This document shows positions 53,920-64,000 of a stretch of DNA of 64,000 nucleotides, one piece after another. Location of the stretch: the NCBI GenBank assembly GCA_977020255.1, contig CDROCS010000122.1, positions 682,001-746,000 on the forward strand, written 5' to 3'. The stretch's first letter is position 1; every line of letters begins with the position of its first letter. This DNA comes from Obrimoposthia wandeli. Its lineage: Eukaryota. Under the pieces are notes generated by a model. The model ran no database searches, was not told where the DNA came from, and was given only the letters and a program-made list of their open reading frames with translations. Both the position numbers and the translations under genes were made by a program.

Positions 53920-54891
53920 ATGGATTTTAAAGCTATCCAAGCGCTCACCGCCAACGATATGGCGGAAGTTGACGCGAAGATACAAGCACAACTGAACTCA
54001 GATGTAGCTCTTATTAATCAACTAGGCTTTTACATTGTAAGCGGTGGTGGCAAACGCTTACGTCCGATGCTTGTCGTTCTTGCCGCTCGTGCTTTGGGCT
54101 ACCAAGGAGACAAACACATAACAGCTGCTGCATTTGTAGAATTTATTCATACTGCGACATTATTACATGACGACGTTGTTGATGAATCTGACATGCGCCG
54201 TGGTAAAGAAACAGCCAATGCTGCATTTGGTAATGCCGCTAGTGTTCTTGTCGGGGATTACATTTATACCCGTTCATTTCAGATGATGACGAGCCTTAGA
54301 TCATTAAGGATCCTCGATGTCATGAGTGAAGCAACAAATGTGATCGCTGAGGGTGAAGTTCAGCAGTTAATGAACTGCAATGATCCGAATACGACTGAAG
54401 ATAACTATATGCTGGTTATCTACTCTAAAACGGCTCGCCTTTTTGAAGCTGCAACTCAGATTTCTGCGATTATCACAGAATCCCCTACTAACGTTGAAAT
54501 TGCACTACAAGACTACGGTCGTTACCTAGGTACTGCTTTTCAGCTCATTGATGATGTATTGGATTATGTCGCAGATGGCAAGGAAATGGGCAAAAACGTA
54601 GGCGATGACCTTTCTGAAGGCAAACCGACACTTCCACTGCTACATGCAATGCATAATGGTAATGAAGCGCAGTCAGCCATGATTCGTGAAGCGATTGAAA
54701 AATCCAACGGTATGGACAAGCTAAACGATATTCTTGCCGCTATGCGCGAAGCTGGCTCTTTGGAGTACACTCAGCAACGTGCGGAAGAAGAAGCAGACAA
54801 AGCAATCGCAGCACTCGCACCTATCGCTGAGTCTGATTACAAAGAAGCGTTGATCCAACTTGCTCATTTAGCGGTTAAGCGTACAAAGTAA
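53920..54891 (+). CDS. ispB: Octaprenyl diphosphate synthase
   Basis: GGKRLRP, LLHDDVVD and FQLIDDVLD. Confidence 0.97.
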   Translation: MDFKAIQALTANDMAEVDAKIQAQLNSDVALINQLGFYIVSGGGKRLRPMLVVLAARALGYQGDKHITAAAFVEFIHTATLLHDDVVDESDMRRGKETANAAFGNAASVLVGDYIYTRSFQMMTSLRSLRILDVMSEATNVIAEGEVQQLMNCNDPNTTEDNYMLVIYSKTARLFEAATQISAIITESPTNVEIALQDYGRYLGTAFQLIDDVLDYVADGKEMGKNVGDDLSEGKPTLPLLHAMHNGNEAQSAMIREAIEKSNGMDKLNDILAAMREAGSLEYTQQRAEEEADKAIAALAPIAESDYKEALIQLAHLAVKRTK

Positions 54892-54906
54892 AATAGAGAT
54901 TTCGAT

Positions 54907-54934
54907 AAAAAGCCTGCCTAGCGCAGGTTTTTTT
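54907..54934 (+). terminator. ispB terminator
   Basis: AAAAAGCCTGC-CTAGC-GCAGGTTTTTTT. Confidence 0.85.
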
Positions 54935-55036
54935 ATGTATCGATGATCTTCAAAGTGATCCATACGCCAACGCCGGATCGTACTTATACTTAAATTAGCT
55001 AAAATCGCTTTAATATTTAAAGTAATAGGGGGCGTA

Positions 55037-55228
55037 ATGCAAATAAAAGATCTAAAGCAGGGGATGTGGATTGAATGTCAACAAGGTGTCGTTGAAATCG
55101 TTTCAATTGATCAGGCGCATAACGCAGTGATCATTGAAAACAGAGACGATCATACACGCAACACCATTAAATGCGATGACATTACCGATCAACCTCAGCT
55201 TCATACTGGTTGTGACCGTTACTATTAA
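55037..55228 (+). CDS. 63-aa hypothetical protein, possibly a small beta-barrel
   Basis: SD AGGGGG 4 nt before ATG; flanked by terminators; protein-like composition. Confidence 0.75.
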   Translation: MQIKDLKQGMWIECQQGVVEIVSIDQAHNAVIIENRDDHTRNTIKCDDITDQPQLHTGCDRYY

Positions 55229-55273
55229 CGAAGCGAGTCATTAAATAAATGTACATTACAAATTTTAACGTAT

Positions 55274-55303
55274 AAAAAAAGCGGCATCTATAATGCCGCT
55301 CTT
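55274..55303. terminator. Terminator between the small gene and mdh
   Basis: AAAAAAAGCGGCAT-CTATA-ATGCCGCTCTT. Confidence 0.85.
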
Positions 55304-55325
55304 GGGTGAGCGTTATATGCGACTA

Positions 55326-56264
55326 TTATTTAGCGGCAAACTCTTCACCTAACGTAATATCTGAATTCAGAGTATCAAGCATGTTATTTAGTGCTTCTTG
55401 TTCAAAAGTACTTAGCTTGCCGTAATCCATCACTTCTTCTATACCTTCTTTGCCTAGTAGAACGGGCTGTGCAAAGAAACGTGCATGCTTACCGTCACCT
55501 TCAACATAAGCACACTCAACAATGCCTTGCTCACCCTGTAGGGCGCGAACAAGTGAAAGACCAAAGCGATAAGCCGCTTGACCCATAGAAAGTGTTGCAG
55601 AGCCACCACCCGCTTTAGCTTTTACTACTTCAGTTCCTGCATTTTGAATGCGTGGCGTTAATGCTTCAATTTCTTCGTCAGAAAACTCAACACCTTCAAC
55701 TTGAGACAATAAAGGTAGAATAGTCACGCCTGAGTGACCACCAATGACAGGTACTTGAATGTCACTTGGGGTTTTACCTTTTAATTCAGCAACAAATGTT
55801 TCTGAACGAATAATATCGAGTGTTGTGATACCAAATAAACGACGCTTATCGTATACACCTGCTTTTTTAAATACATCAGCAGCAATCGCTACCGTTGTAT
55901 TTACAGGGTTAGTAATAATACCGACGCATGCTTTAGGGCATACTACAGCAATTTTTTCAGCTAAAGATTTAATGATACCCGCATTGACGTTGAAAAGATC
56001 AGAACGATCCATTCCAGGTTTACGTGCAACACCAGCAGAGATTAATACAACATCAGCACCTTCCAGTGCAGGCGTTGGATCGACACCACCATAACCCTTA
56101 ATAGAAACAGGAGTTGGGATATGGCTAAGATCAGCCGCAACACCAGGAGTTACTGGTGCGATATCATATAGCGCAAGATCAGAACCTGCAGGTAAGCCGT
56201 TTTTCAACAGTAAAGCCAATGCCTGGCCAATACCACCTGCAGCACCAATTACAGCAACTTTCAT
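55326..56264 (-). CDS. mdh: Malate dehydrogenase
   Basis: [25 protein letters not shown] and [10 protein letters not shown]. Confidence 0.99.
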   Translation of the reverse strand: MKVAVIGAAGGIGQALALLLKNGLPAGSDLALYDIAPVTPGVAADLSHIPTPVSIKGYGGVDPTPALEGADVVLISAGVARKPGMDRSDLFNVNAGIIKSLAEKIAVVCPKACVGIITNPVNTTVAIAADVFKKAGVYDKRRLFGITTLDIIRSETFVAELKGKTPSDIQVPVIGGHSGVTILPLLSQVEGVEFSDEEIEALTPRIQNAGTEVVKAKAGGGSATLSMGQAAYRFGLSLVRALQGEQGIVECAYVEGDGKHARFFAQPVLLGKEGIEEVMDYGKLSTFEQEALNNMLDTLNSDITLGEEFAAK

Positions 56265-56614
56265 TTTCGTTCTCCTTTACGATAGAAGTATATTTTCAGA
56301 CCTGCTAAAGACGTTATAGCAAGCAATTGTTAAATACAATCGAACACAATCAGCTTTGCGAAGTCACGCACCCTCATCATAAAGTGGGTGTGCTACGCGC
56401 GACAAGGAAAAGAATGAATGGCACTTACTCCACAAAATTTAGTTATCGCAATAAACAACAATAAACTGCATAACTGATCAAATAAGTTACACTCGAAAAC
56501 ATTGAGCCAAGCTATAACAGTGATTGAAACGTCAATTTCAATGAACACTGTTTGCTACTGACCGATAGGTTATGCAAAAATACGTCACCTCGTCCCTGTA
56601 CATAAAATTTACTT

Positions 56615-57085
56615 ATGCGAAATTCAGATAAACAAGAACGCTTAATTAAAGTATTCAAAGCGATTCTAAAAGAAGAAAAATTCAGCTCCCAAGGTGAAAT
56701 TGTTGATGCCTTGAAAGCTCAGGGGTTCGACAACATCAACCAATCTAAGGTCTCCCGCATGCTGACCAAGTTCGGTGCTGTCCGTACTCGTAATGCAAAA
56801 ATGGAGATGGTCTATTGTTTACCAATTGAACTAGGTGTGCCGACTACTACAAGTCCTTTAAAGGAACTCGTAATGGAAGTGGGTCATAATAGCGCCCTAG
56901 TTGTCATTCATACTGGTCCTGGTGCCGCACAAGTTATCGCTCGTTTACTGGATTCATTAGGTAAAGCTGAAGGTATTCTTGGTGTCGTTGCTGGTGATGA
57001 TACAATTTTCATTACCCCAACCAACACAACAACAACAGAAGAGCTCTTTAATTCTGTGTGTGACCTTTTCGATTACAGCATCTAA
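56615..57085 (+). CDS. argR: Arginine repressor
   Basis: [10 protein letters not shown] and AGDDTIF; divergent from mdh. Confidence 0.98.
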   Translation: MRNSDKQERLIKVFKAILKEEKFSSQGEIVDALKAQGFDNINQSKVSRMLTKFGAVRTRNAKMEMVYCLPIELGVPTTTSPLKELVMEVGHNSALVVIHTGPGAAQVIARLLDSLGKAEGILGVVAGDDTIFITPTNTTTTEELFNSVCDLFDYSI

Positions 57086-57114
57086 TCAAAAACCGGGGGC
57101 TTTCAGCCCCCATT

Positions 57115-57136
57115 AAATGAGATAAAGCTCACAATC
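57115..57136. promoter_or_regulatory. Candidate CRP site upstream of the TAXI-TRAP operon
   Basis: AAA-TGAGA-TAAAGC-TCACA-AT, 9/10 core match. Confidence 0.55.
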
Positions 57137-57378
57137 AAGAAAACTTCTGCCCCTCACTCAAAACAACACCAAACCACTGATAAAAAAGACAAATAATTAC
57201 AAGCAAACAACTACCTCTCATCTTCCTATTAAATACTTGATGCATTTTTGTTAATGCAGCTTTAAATATTTCCATCAACTTTGCTATTATCTGGCTGATT
57301 TACTTCCGCAAGGATGCCTTTCCATCGATGGGAAATATTTTCCTAAATGGAGATAACGACAATCAATAAGGGACAAGC

Positions 57379-58350
57379 ATGGCATTTAGAAAATTACTAC
57401 AAATGAGTGCACTCGCAGGCGTTGTAATGACAGCAGGCATGGCGAACGCTCAAGAATTCGTAACCATTGGTACTGGTTCTGTTACGGGTGTTTATTACCC
57501 AACAGGCGGCGCTATTTGTAAACTAGTCAATAAAAATAGCAAAGAGCACAATGTTCGTTGTTCTGTAGAATCGACTGGTGGTTCTATCTATAACGTCAAT
57601 ACCATGCGTGCTGGCGAATTAGACTTTGGCATTGTTCAATCAGATTGGCAGTACCACGGCTATAACGGTACAAGTAAATTTGAAAAGCAAGGTCCGTACA
57701 AAAAGTTACGTGCTGTATTCTCATTACATACAGAACCTTTTAACATCATCGCTCGTACTGATGCAGGTATTGATAGCGTTGAAGATTTAAAAGGCAAGCG
57801 CGTAAATATTGGTAATCCAGGTTCTGGTGACCGTGCAACAATGGGGGTTGTAATGGACGCTCTAGGTTGGACTAACGCTGACTTTAAACTCACGTCAGAA
57901 CTAAAAGGTTCTGAACGCTCACAAGCACTTTGTGACAACAAAATTGACGCTTTCGTCTACGTTGTTGGCCACCCAAATGGTTCAATCAAAGAAGCAACAA
58001 CATCTTGTGATGCGAAGCTAATACCTGCAACTGGCGCCAAAATTGAAAAAATTGTTGCTGATAACCCATATTACACAGCAACAACAGTACCTGGTGGCAT
58101 GTATAAAGGCTCAAACGAAGATGTAAACAGCTTCGGTGTTGCAGCGACTATGGTTTCAACAACAGATGTTTCTGATGAAGTAGTTTACGAAGTAGTAAAA
58201 GCAGTATTTGAAAACTTCAGTACCTTCAAACGTTTACACCCAGCATTTGCTAACTTGAAGAAAGAAGACATGATCAAAAATGGTTTGTCTATCCCTCTTC
58301 ACCCAGGTGCAATCCGCTACTACAAAGAAGCCGGTCTTCTTACAAAATAA
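57379..58350 (+). CDS. TAXI-family TRAP solute-binding protein
   Basis: IGTGSVTGVYYPTG, STGGSIYN and IPLHPGA. Confidence 0.93.
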   Translation: MAFRKLLQMSALAGVVMTAGMANAQEFVTIGTGSVTGVYYPTGGAICKLVNKNSKEHNVRCSVESTGGSIYNVNTMRAGELDFGIVQSDWQYHGYNGTSKFEKQGPYKKLRAVFSLHTEPFNIIARTDAGIDSVEDLKGKRVNIGNPGSGDRATMGVVMDALGWTNADFKLTSELKGSERSQALCDNKIDAFVYVVGHPNGSIKEATTSCDAKLIPATGAKIEKIVADNPYYTATTVPGGMYKGSNEDVNSFGVAATMVSTTDVSDEVVYEVVKAVFENFSTFKRLHPAFANLKKEDMIKNGLSIPLHPGAIRYYKEAGLLTK

Positions 58351-58454
58351 TCAAGATTGACTACATTTAAGAGGCACTTCGTTGTCCCCATGCGTCGCGA
58401 TTGCGGCGCATGCTATTTAACATGCCCAGAAAAATCATAAAAACAGGATACTGC

Positions 58455-61022
58455 ATGACGAAAACAACAGACACGTCACCAGATGTTCAAGACATGGTGG
58501 CACAAGCAGATACCGGTGCACGTAACCCCGCAGGGATTGCAGGGCGTATTTTATGGTTAGTTCCACTGTGTTGGTCACTATTCCAATTATGGTACGCATC
58601 ACCGCTCCCATTTATTTTTAACTTTGGCATCCTTAACGATACCGAAGCGCGTTCAATACACCTCTCTTTTGCTATTTTCCTTGCGTTTACTGCTTATCCT
58701 GCCCTAAAAAATTCGCCACGCGATCATATTCCAATCGTTGATTGGATTTTAGCGTTAGCGGGCAGTTTTGCCGCTGGTTATATCTACATTTTTTATACCA
58801 GCCTCGCTGAACGTTCAGGCGCCCCCACTCAAATCGATGTTGTGGTTGCGGTCATGGGTATGATCCTGTTACTTGAAGCAACTCGCCGTGCACTTGGTCC
58901 ACCTCTGATGGTTGTTGCTGCAGTCTTCTTGTTGTACACCTTTGGTGGCCCACATATGCCAGATGTGATTGCGCATAAAGGGGCAAGCCTGAATAAAGCA
59001 ATGTCCCATTTGTGGCTAACCACAGAAGGGGTATTTGGTGTTGCACTGGGCGTATCCACCTCTTTCGTTTTCTTATTTGTATTATTTGGCGCAATGTTAG
59101 AGCGAGCTGGGGCTGGCGCTTATTTCATTAAAGTCGCGTTCTCTTTATTAGGGCATATGCGTGGTGGCCCAGCTAAAGCCGCCGTTGTTGCATCGGGCTT
59201 ATCAGGATTAGTATCTGGCTCATCGATCGCGAACGTTGTTACCACTGGTACCTTTACGATCCCACTGATGAAGCGCGTCGGATTCTCTGGCGAAAAAGCC
59301 GGAGCCGTTGAAGTAGCAGCGTCGACTAATGGTCAGCTTACTCCACCAATAATGGGTGCTGCTGCATTTTTAATGGTTGAGTATGTGGGCATTTCTTATG
59401 TCGAGGTCATTAAAGCTGCAATTTTACCTGCAATAATTTCGTATATTGCTTTGCTATACATTGTTCACCTTGAAGCCTGTAAAGCCGGTATGACAGGACT
59501 ACCACGCCGTTATAAGCCAACCATGGCGCAAAGTTTATTATCTTTTGTGATCACAATACTGAGCTTAATCGTGATCAGTGGGGCGGTTTATTACGGTATC
59601 GGCTGGACAAAAGATGTATTCGGCGCAGCGGCAACGCCAATGATTGGTGTGGCGATTTTAATTGCCTATGTTGCGTTGATAAAAGTCTCTGCTAGCTATC
59701 AAGATCATACGATGGAAAGCCCAGATGAGGAACTAACAGAAGTGCCTGAGCCGGGCCCTACGATTAAGTCTGGCTTGTATTTCTTATTGCCTATCGTTGT
59801 ACTGGTTTGGTGCTTAACCGTTGAACGCTTTTCTCCTGGTCTTTCTGCGTTTTGGGCAACCGTCTTTATGATTTTCATTTTACTAACACAGCGCCCATTA
59901 TTAGCCCTGTTTAATAAAGAGAAAACATTAATTGATGCTGCACGCGAAGGGGCTAATGACCTCATCGAAAGTCTTGTTTCTGGTGGTAGAAACATGATCG
60001 GTATCGGTGTCGCAACAGCAGCCGCTGGGGTGGTCGTTGGGGTAGTAACACTAACAGGTATAGGCTTGGTAATGACTGACTTTGTCGAGTTCATTTCAGG
60101 CGGAAACATCATGTTAATGCTGCTATTTACGGCAATTATTAGCTTAATATTAGGAATGGGGCTGCCAACAACCGCAAACTACATCGTGGTATCAACGCTA
60201 ATGGCACCCGTTATTGTGACACTTGGGGCGCAAAGCGGACTCATCATCCCCTTAATTGCAGTACACCTCTTCGTATTCTATTTTGGTATTCTTGCCGACG
60301 ATACACCACCGGTTGGTCTTGCCGCCTTTGCAGCCGCAGCTATTGCAAAATCTGACCCCATAAGAACGGGTATTCAAGGTTTTACCTACGATATTCGAAC
60401 GGCGATTTTGCCCTTTATGTTTATCTTCAACACGCAATTGTTGTTGATCGACATTGATTCTTGGTGGCACTTAGCCTTGACTATCATATCAGCCGTTATT
60501 GCAATGTTAACCTTCTCGGCCGCAACACAAGGTTGGTGGTTTACCAAAACAAAATGGTGGGAGGTGGCATTACTTCTTTTAATTACCTTCTCATTATTTC
60601 GCCCTGGTTATTGGTGGGATATGGTCTATGACGCCAAGCATGAAATGCCCGGTGCATTGATCGTCGACGCTGCTGATAAGTTAGCCGTTGGCCAGCCTCT
60701 TGAATTACAAGTCAGTGGTGAGAACCTGGAAGGTAAGTTTATTACTAAGCATGTACTGCTACCATTTGATGAAGATGCGATTGATCCCCATGACCGCATT
60801 GCATCAACAGGACTGATGCTTCGTCAAGACGGTGAAAAAATGATTGTTGATATGATCGAATTTGGTAGTCCAGCAGAAGCAGCAGGTATCGACTTTGATT
60901 GGGAAATCACAAAAGTGAGTCTTCCGGCAGTCAGACCAATGAAAGAATGGGTTTTTGTTCCCACTTTATTTCTCTTAGGTGCTTTAGGATGGAACCAACG
61001 CCGACGAGCAAAAGCTGAATAG
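58455..61022 (+). CDS. Fused TRAP transporter permease (4TM/12TM, TAXI type)
   Basis: RGGPAKAAV, GQLTPPIMGAAAFLM and GMGLPTTANYI; start set at ATG 58455 (SD AGGA). Confidence 0.93.
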   Translation: MTKTTDTSPDVQDMVAQADTGARNPAGIAGRILWLVPLCWSLFQLWYASPLPFIFNFGILNDTEARSIHLSFAIFLAFTAYPALKNSPRDHIPIVDWILALAGSFAAGYIYIFYTSLAERSGAPTQIDVVVAVMGMILLLEATRRALGPPLMVVAAVFLLYTFGGPHMPDVIAHKGASLNKAMSHLWLTTEGVFGVALGVSTSFVFLFVLFGAMLERAGAGAYFIKVAFSLLGHMRGGPAKAAVVASGLSGLVSGSSIANVVTTGTFTIPLMKRVGFSGEKAGAVEVAASTNGQLTPPIMGAAAFLMVEYVGISYVEVIKAAILPAIISYIALLYIVHLEACKAGMTGLPRRYKPTMAQSLLSFVITILSLIVISGAVYYGIGWTKDVFGAAATPMIGVAILIAYVALIKVSASYQDHTMESPDEELTEVPEPGPTIKSGLYFLLPIVVLVWCLTVERFSPGLSAFWATVFMIFILLTQRPLLALFNKEKTLIDAAREGANDLIESLVSGGRNMIGIGVATAAAGVVVGVVTLTGIGLVMTDFVEFISGGNIMLMLLFTAIISLILGMGLPTTANYIVVSTLMAPVIVTLGAQSGLIIPLIAVHLFVFYFGILADDTPPVGLAAFAAAAIAKSDPIRTGIQGFTYDIRTAILPFMFIFNTQLLLIDIDSWWHLALTIISAVIAMLTFSAATQGWWFTKTKWWEVALLLLITFSLFRPGYWWDMVYDAKHEMPGALIVDAADKLAVGQPLELQVSGENLEGKFITKHVLLPFDEDAIDPHDRIASTGLMLRQDGEKMIVDMIEFGSPAEAAGIDFDWEITKVSLPAVRPMKEWVFVPTLFLLGALGWNQRRRAKAE

Positions 61023-61105
61023 ATAACGTAATTACTCATCATAACGGTCTTAGCTCTAAAGAGAGTATCCATTTCCTTTAGAGCCATACAATTATAGAGA
61101 ATAAT

Positions 61106-61552
61106 ATGTATAAGCAAATTTTGGTTCCTGTTGATCTAAATGAAAAAGGTTTTTCAGACAAAGCGGTTGAATTAGCGGTTTGGCATGCAAAACAATCTAA
61201 CGCGACGATTCATTTATTGAATGTATTACCAGGTATTCACATGTCGTTGGTATCGAGCTACTTTCCCAAAGATGCAGCTCGAAAAATGATGCAAGATACT
61301 CAAAAGCAACTCAAAGCATTTGCAGAGCAATACATTCCAGATGAAGTATTACATCACTGGCATGTTACTGAAGGTAAAACTTGGACAACAATCCTTGAGT
61401 ATTCAGAGAAAATTGGTGCCGATCTCATCATCATGCCAAGCCATAAACGATCGAAACTCGATCGAGTAATGCTAGGCTCTGTCGCTTCAAAAATTGTTGA
61501 AAACTCGCCTATTAATGTATTAGTGCTAAAGCCACAGGCTCATTTTAAATAA
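61106..61552 (+). CDS. Universal stress protein (Usp family)
   Basis: MYKQILVPVD, ADLIIMPSH and LGSVASKIV. Confidence 0.92.
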   Translation: MYKQILVPVDLNEKGFSDKAVELAVWHAKQSNATIHLLNVLPGIHMSLVSSYFPKDAARKMMQDTQKQLKAFAEQYIPDEVLHHWHVTEGKTWTTILEYSEKIGADLIIMPSHKRSKLDRVMLGSVASKIVENSPINVLVLKPQAHFK

Positions 61553-61569
61553 GCCATAACAGCACAGAT

Positions 61570-61599
61570 AAAAAAGCCCACAACTGTGGGCTTTTTTTT
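61570..61599. terminator. Bidirectional terminator
   Basis: AAAAAAGCCCAC-AACT-GTGGGCTTTTTTTT. Confidence 0.9.
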
Positions 61600-61608
61600 A
61601 AATATGCG

Positions 61609-62229
61609 CTATTTTTTTCGCTGATCATATCCCCAACGAGGAACAAGACCTTGCTCAATACCTAAATGATCCAGCATTCTTGCTACCATAAAATCAACGA
61701 GATCATCGATGGATTCTGGCTGATGATAAAATCCTGGAGCCGCGGGCATTATGGTCACCCCCATTTTTGATAACTTCAGCATATTCTCAAGATGAAGCGT
61801 CGAAAATGGTGTTTCTCGTACCACCATTAATAACTGACCACGCTCTTTCATAACAACATCGGCTGCACGTTCTATCAGGTTATCAGACATACCGTGTGCG
61901 ACAGATGCTAGCGTTCCAGCAGAGCAAGGGCATACAACCATTTTCTTCGGTGCCGCAGAACCTGAGGCCACTGGCGAAAACCAATCGTCTTTACCACATA
62001 CTGATAATTGACTTACATCACACTGTAAATGCTCAACTAAAATAGCTTTTGCAGCATCAGGGCCTGCAGGTAACTTCAAACCATGCTCAGTAGCCAGCAC
62101 GACCCTCGCAGCCGACGAAATCAGCAAATACACTTGATATTCAGCGGCAAGCAAGCACTCTAATAAACGCAAGCCATAAGGAGCACCTGAAGCGCCAGTC
62201 CACGCTAAGGTAATGCGTTTATCTTTCAT
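61609..62229 (-). CDS. ubiX: Flavin prenyltransferase UbiX
   Basis: [24 protein letters not shown] and PAAPGFY. Confidence 0.95.
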   Translation of the reverse strand: MKDKRITLAWTGASGAPYGLRLLECLLAAEYQVYLLISSAARVVLATEHGLKLPAGPDAAKAILVEHLQCDVSQLSVCGKDDWFSPVASGSAAPKKMVVCPCSAGTLASVAHGMSDNLIERAADVVMKERGQLLMVVRETPFSTLHLENMLKLSKMGVTIMPAAPGFYHQPESIDDLVDFMVARMLDHLGIEQGLVPRWGYDQRKK

Positions 62230-62250
62230 TATTCAAACCCTTAATCACAG

Positions 62251-63609
62251 TTATTTAGCCGCTAAAGCAGCAAGTAACTTGTCATGAATTCCACCAAAAC
62301 CACCATTACTCATCACTAAAATAGTGTCGCCACCTTTAGCTTCAGTAACAATTTTATCCACCAGCTTATCGAGGTTAGTATCCGTTGTTGCAGGCTGAGA
62401 ACAGCCATCGGCAATGTCATTGACAGACCATGGGATAGTGTCTGGTTGATAGATAAACACGTAATCAGCGGCATTTAATGCAGGGGCGATATCCCCTTTG
62501 TGTACTCCAAGTTTCATTGTGTTTGAACGAGGCTCTAGCACTGCAAGAATACGTTTTTCATCGCCCACTTTTGCGCGTAAACCACCTAAGGTCAACTCAA
62601 TCGCTGTTGGATGATGAGCAAAGTCATCGTAAACCTTAACGCCTTGTACTTCGCCTTTTAATTCTAGGCGGCGCTTGGTATTAATAAATGTAGCTAATGC
62701 TTCACAGCCCAGATCTGGCGTAACACCAACATGACGCGCCGCTGCAATCGCCATTAATGCATTACTAACATTATGATCACCGACCAAGTCCCAACGTACT
62801 GTGCCGATCATTAAACCATCAAGGTATACATCAAATACACTGCCATCAGCCACTTGCTTCTTCGCAAGCCAATGACCATCGTCTCCGGTAAACTCAAGCT
62901 CACTCCAGCACCCCATATCAAGGGTCTGCTGAATGCTCTCAACACCTTTGGGTGCCAAAATGCGTCCATTACTTGGCACGGTTCTCACTAAGTGATGAAA
63001 CTGACGTTGAATGGCTTTCAAATCATCAAAAATATCAGCGTGATCGAACTCCAAATTATTCATAACAAGCGTTCGTGGGTGATAATGAACAAACTTAGAA
63101 CGTTTATCGAAAAAAGCACTATCGTATTCGTCCGCTTCGACAACGAAAAACATGCTTTCACCTAAACGGGCAGAAATACCAAAATTGCCAAGTACCCCCC
63201 CCACTAGGAAGCCCGGTTCATACCCACAATCTTCAAGAATCCACGCTAACATGCTGGCAGTTGTCGTCTTACCATGCGTACCCGCGACAGCTAAAACCCA
63301 ACGATCATGCAATAGAAACTCTTGTAGCCACTGAGGGCCAGAGGTATAACGCAAGTTACTATTCAGTACATGTTCAACGCACGGGTTACCACGGCTCATT
63401 GCATTGCCAATAACCACTAAATCAGGTGGAGGGCTTAATTGCGCAGGATCGTATCCCTGAATAATTTCAATCCCCTGAGATTCAAGCAAAGTACTCATCG
63501 GGGGATAAACATTGGCATCACTGCCTGTCACTTTATGGCCTAATTGTCTGGCTAAGGTCGCAGCCCCACCCATAAATGTGCCGCAAATACCTAAAATATG
63601 AATGTGCAT
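62251..63609 (-). CDS. mpl: Murein peptide ligase Mpl
   Basis: MHIHILGICGTFMG, GTHGKTTT, EADEYD and DDFAHHPT. Confidence 0.97.
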   Translation of the reverse strand: MHIHILGICGTFMGGAATLARQLGHKVTGSDANVYPPMSTLLESQGIEIIQGYDPAQLSPPPDLVVIGNAMSRGNPCVEHVLNSNLRYTSGPQWLQEFLLHDRWVLAVAGTHGKTTTASMLAWILEDCGYEPGFLVGGVLGNFGISARLGESMFFVVEADEYDSAFFDKRSKFVHYHPRTLVMNNLEFDHADIFDDLKAIQRQFHHLVRTVPSNGRILAPKGVESIQQTLDMGCWSELEFTGDDGHWLAKKQVADGSVFDVYLDGLMIGTVRWDLVGDHNVSNALMAIAAARHVGVTPDLGCEALATFINTKRRLELKGEVQGVKVYDDFAHHPTAIELTLGGLRAKVGDEKRILAVLEPRSNTMKLGVHKGDIAPALNAADYVFIYQPDTIPWSVNDIADGCSQPATTDTNLDKLVDKIVTEAKGGDTILVMSNGGFGGIHDKLLAALAAK

Positions 63610-63803
63610 AACGTCTGGCTCACTGGATAAATAAAGGTCATTTCACGCTTTTGTGTTACTTCGTTACCATAAAAAAGATCTTTCTATACAATTTATTTTA
63701 TACCAATAGGTAACACTTTATAAAACAGGCACACAAAATTGTCCATTAGAGATATTGTACCTGACATAAACGCCCCAGTGACAACTTGATGCAAGGATTG
63801 TAC

Positions 63804-64000
63804 ATGCCCAATATGAAAACTCTCGGTGAGTTCATCGTAGAAAAACAAAATGACTTCCCCCATGCTAGCGGTGATCTATCATCATTGTTAGGCTCGATAA
63901 AGCTTGCAGCAAAAATCGTCAATCGTGAAATCAACAAAGCTGGATTAGTTGATATTACTGGTGCGGTAGGCAGCGAAAATGTTCAGGGTGAAGAACAACA
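63804..64000 (+). CDS. fbp: Fructose-1,6-bisphosphatase class 1, N-terminal fragment running off the window end
   Basis: [15 protein letters not shown]...INKAGL...NVQGEEQ; divergent from mpl. Confidence 0.93.
   Translation, partial: MPNMKTLGEFIVEKQNDFPHASGDLSSLLGSIKLAAKIVNREINKAGLVDITGAVGSENVQGEEQ

Noticed and set aside
56414-56477. 16-aa and 19-aa micro-ORFs after AAGGA upstream of argR
   Set aside because: No informative composition or coupling geometry; they sit in the divergent mdh/argR promoter region
56465-56482. ARG box upstream of argR
   Set aside because: One half-site matches (TGCAT), the other has two mismatches, and no tandem box was found

Overview
Almost entirely core chromosome of a Vibrionaceae bacterium, probably Photobacterium (inferred from protein style and gene order, no database search). 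Order: folB (partial), plsY, tsaD, rpsU-yqeY-dnaG-rpoD, tRNA-Ile2(CAU), orphan cheV, pykF, GntR regulator, ilvIH, long-chain acyl-CoA ligase, leuO, TetR-MFP-RND efflux operon, leuL attenuator and leuABCD, DUF547-like protein, TPP riboswitch and thiBPQ, PIN-PhoH, rapA-rluA, 2-hydroxyacid dehydrogenase, djlA, lptD-surA-pdxA-rsmA-apaG-apaH, folA, yjjPB, obgE-yhbE-rpmA-rplU, ispB, a 63-aa protein, mdh, argR, TAXI-TRAP-Usp, ubiX, mpl, fbp (partial). I saw no integrase, transposase, prophage, CRISPR array or rRNA. The novelty lies in intergenic DNA. The best candidate is a 43-aa hydrophobic ORF missed by the ORF track (11850-11981, minus). It has a perfect GAGGAGG ribosome-binding site, five GGA motifs in its leader, a 20-bp operator-like palindrome upstream, a possible antisense promoter, and lies convergent on an orphan GntR gene. 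Other leads: a long-range paired, possibly pseudoknotted ilvI leader; a 14-codon ORF bridging thiB and thiP; a FabR-type operator; a class II CRP promoter for PIN-PhoH; twin TetR operators; an AT-rich cheV at the tRNA locus where V. cholerae VSP-II integrates; and a rearranged LptD cysteine set. All motif calls were made by eye and are untested.
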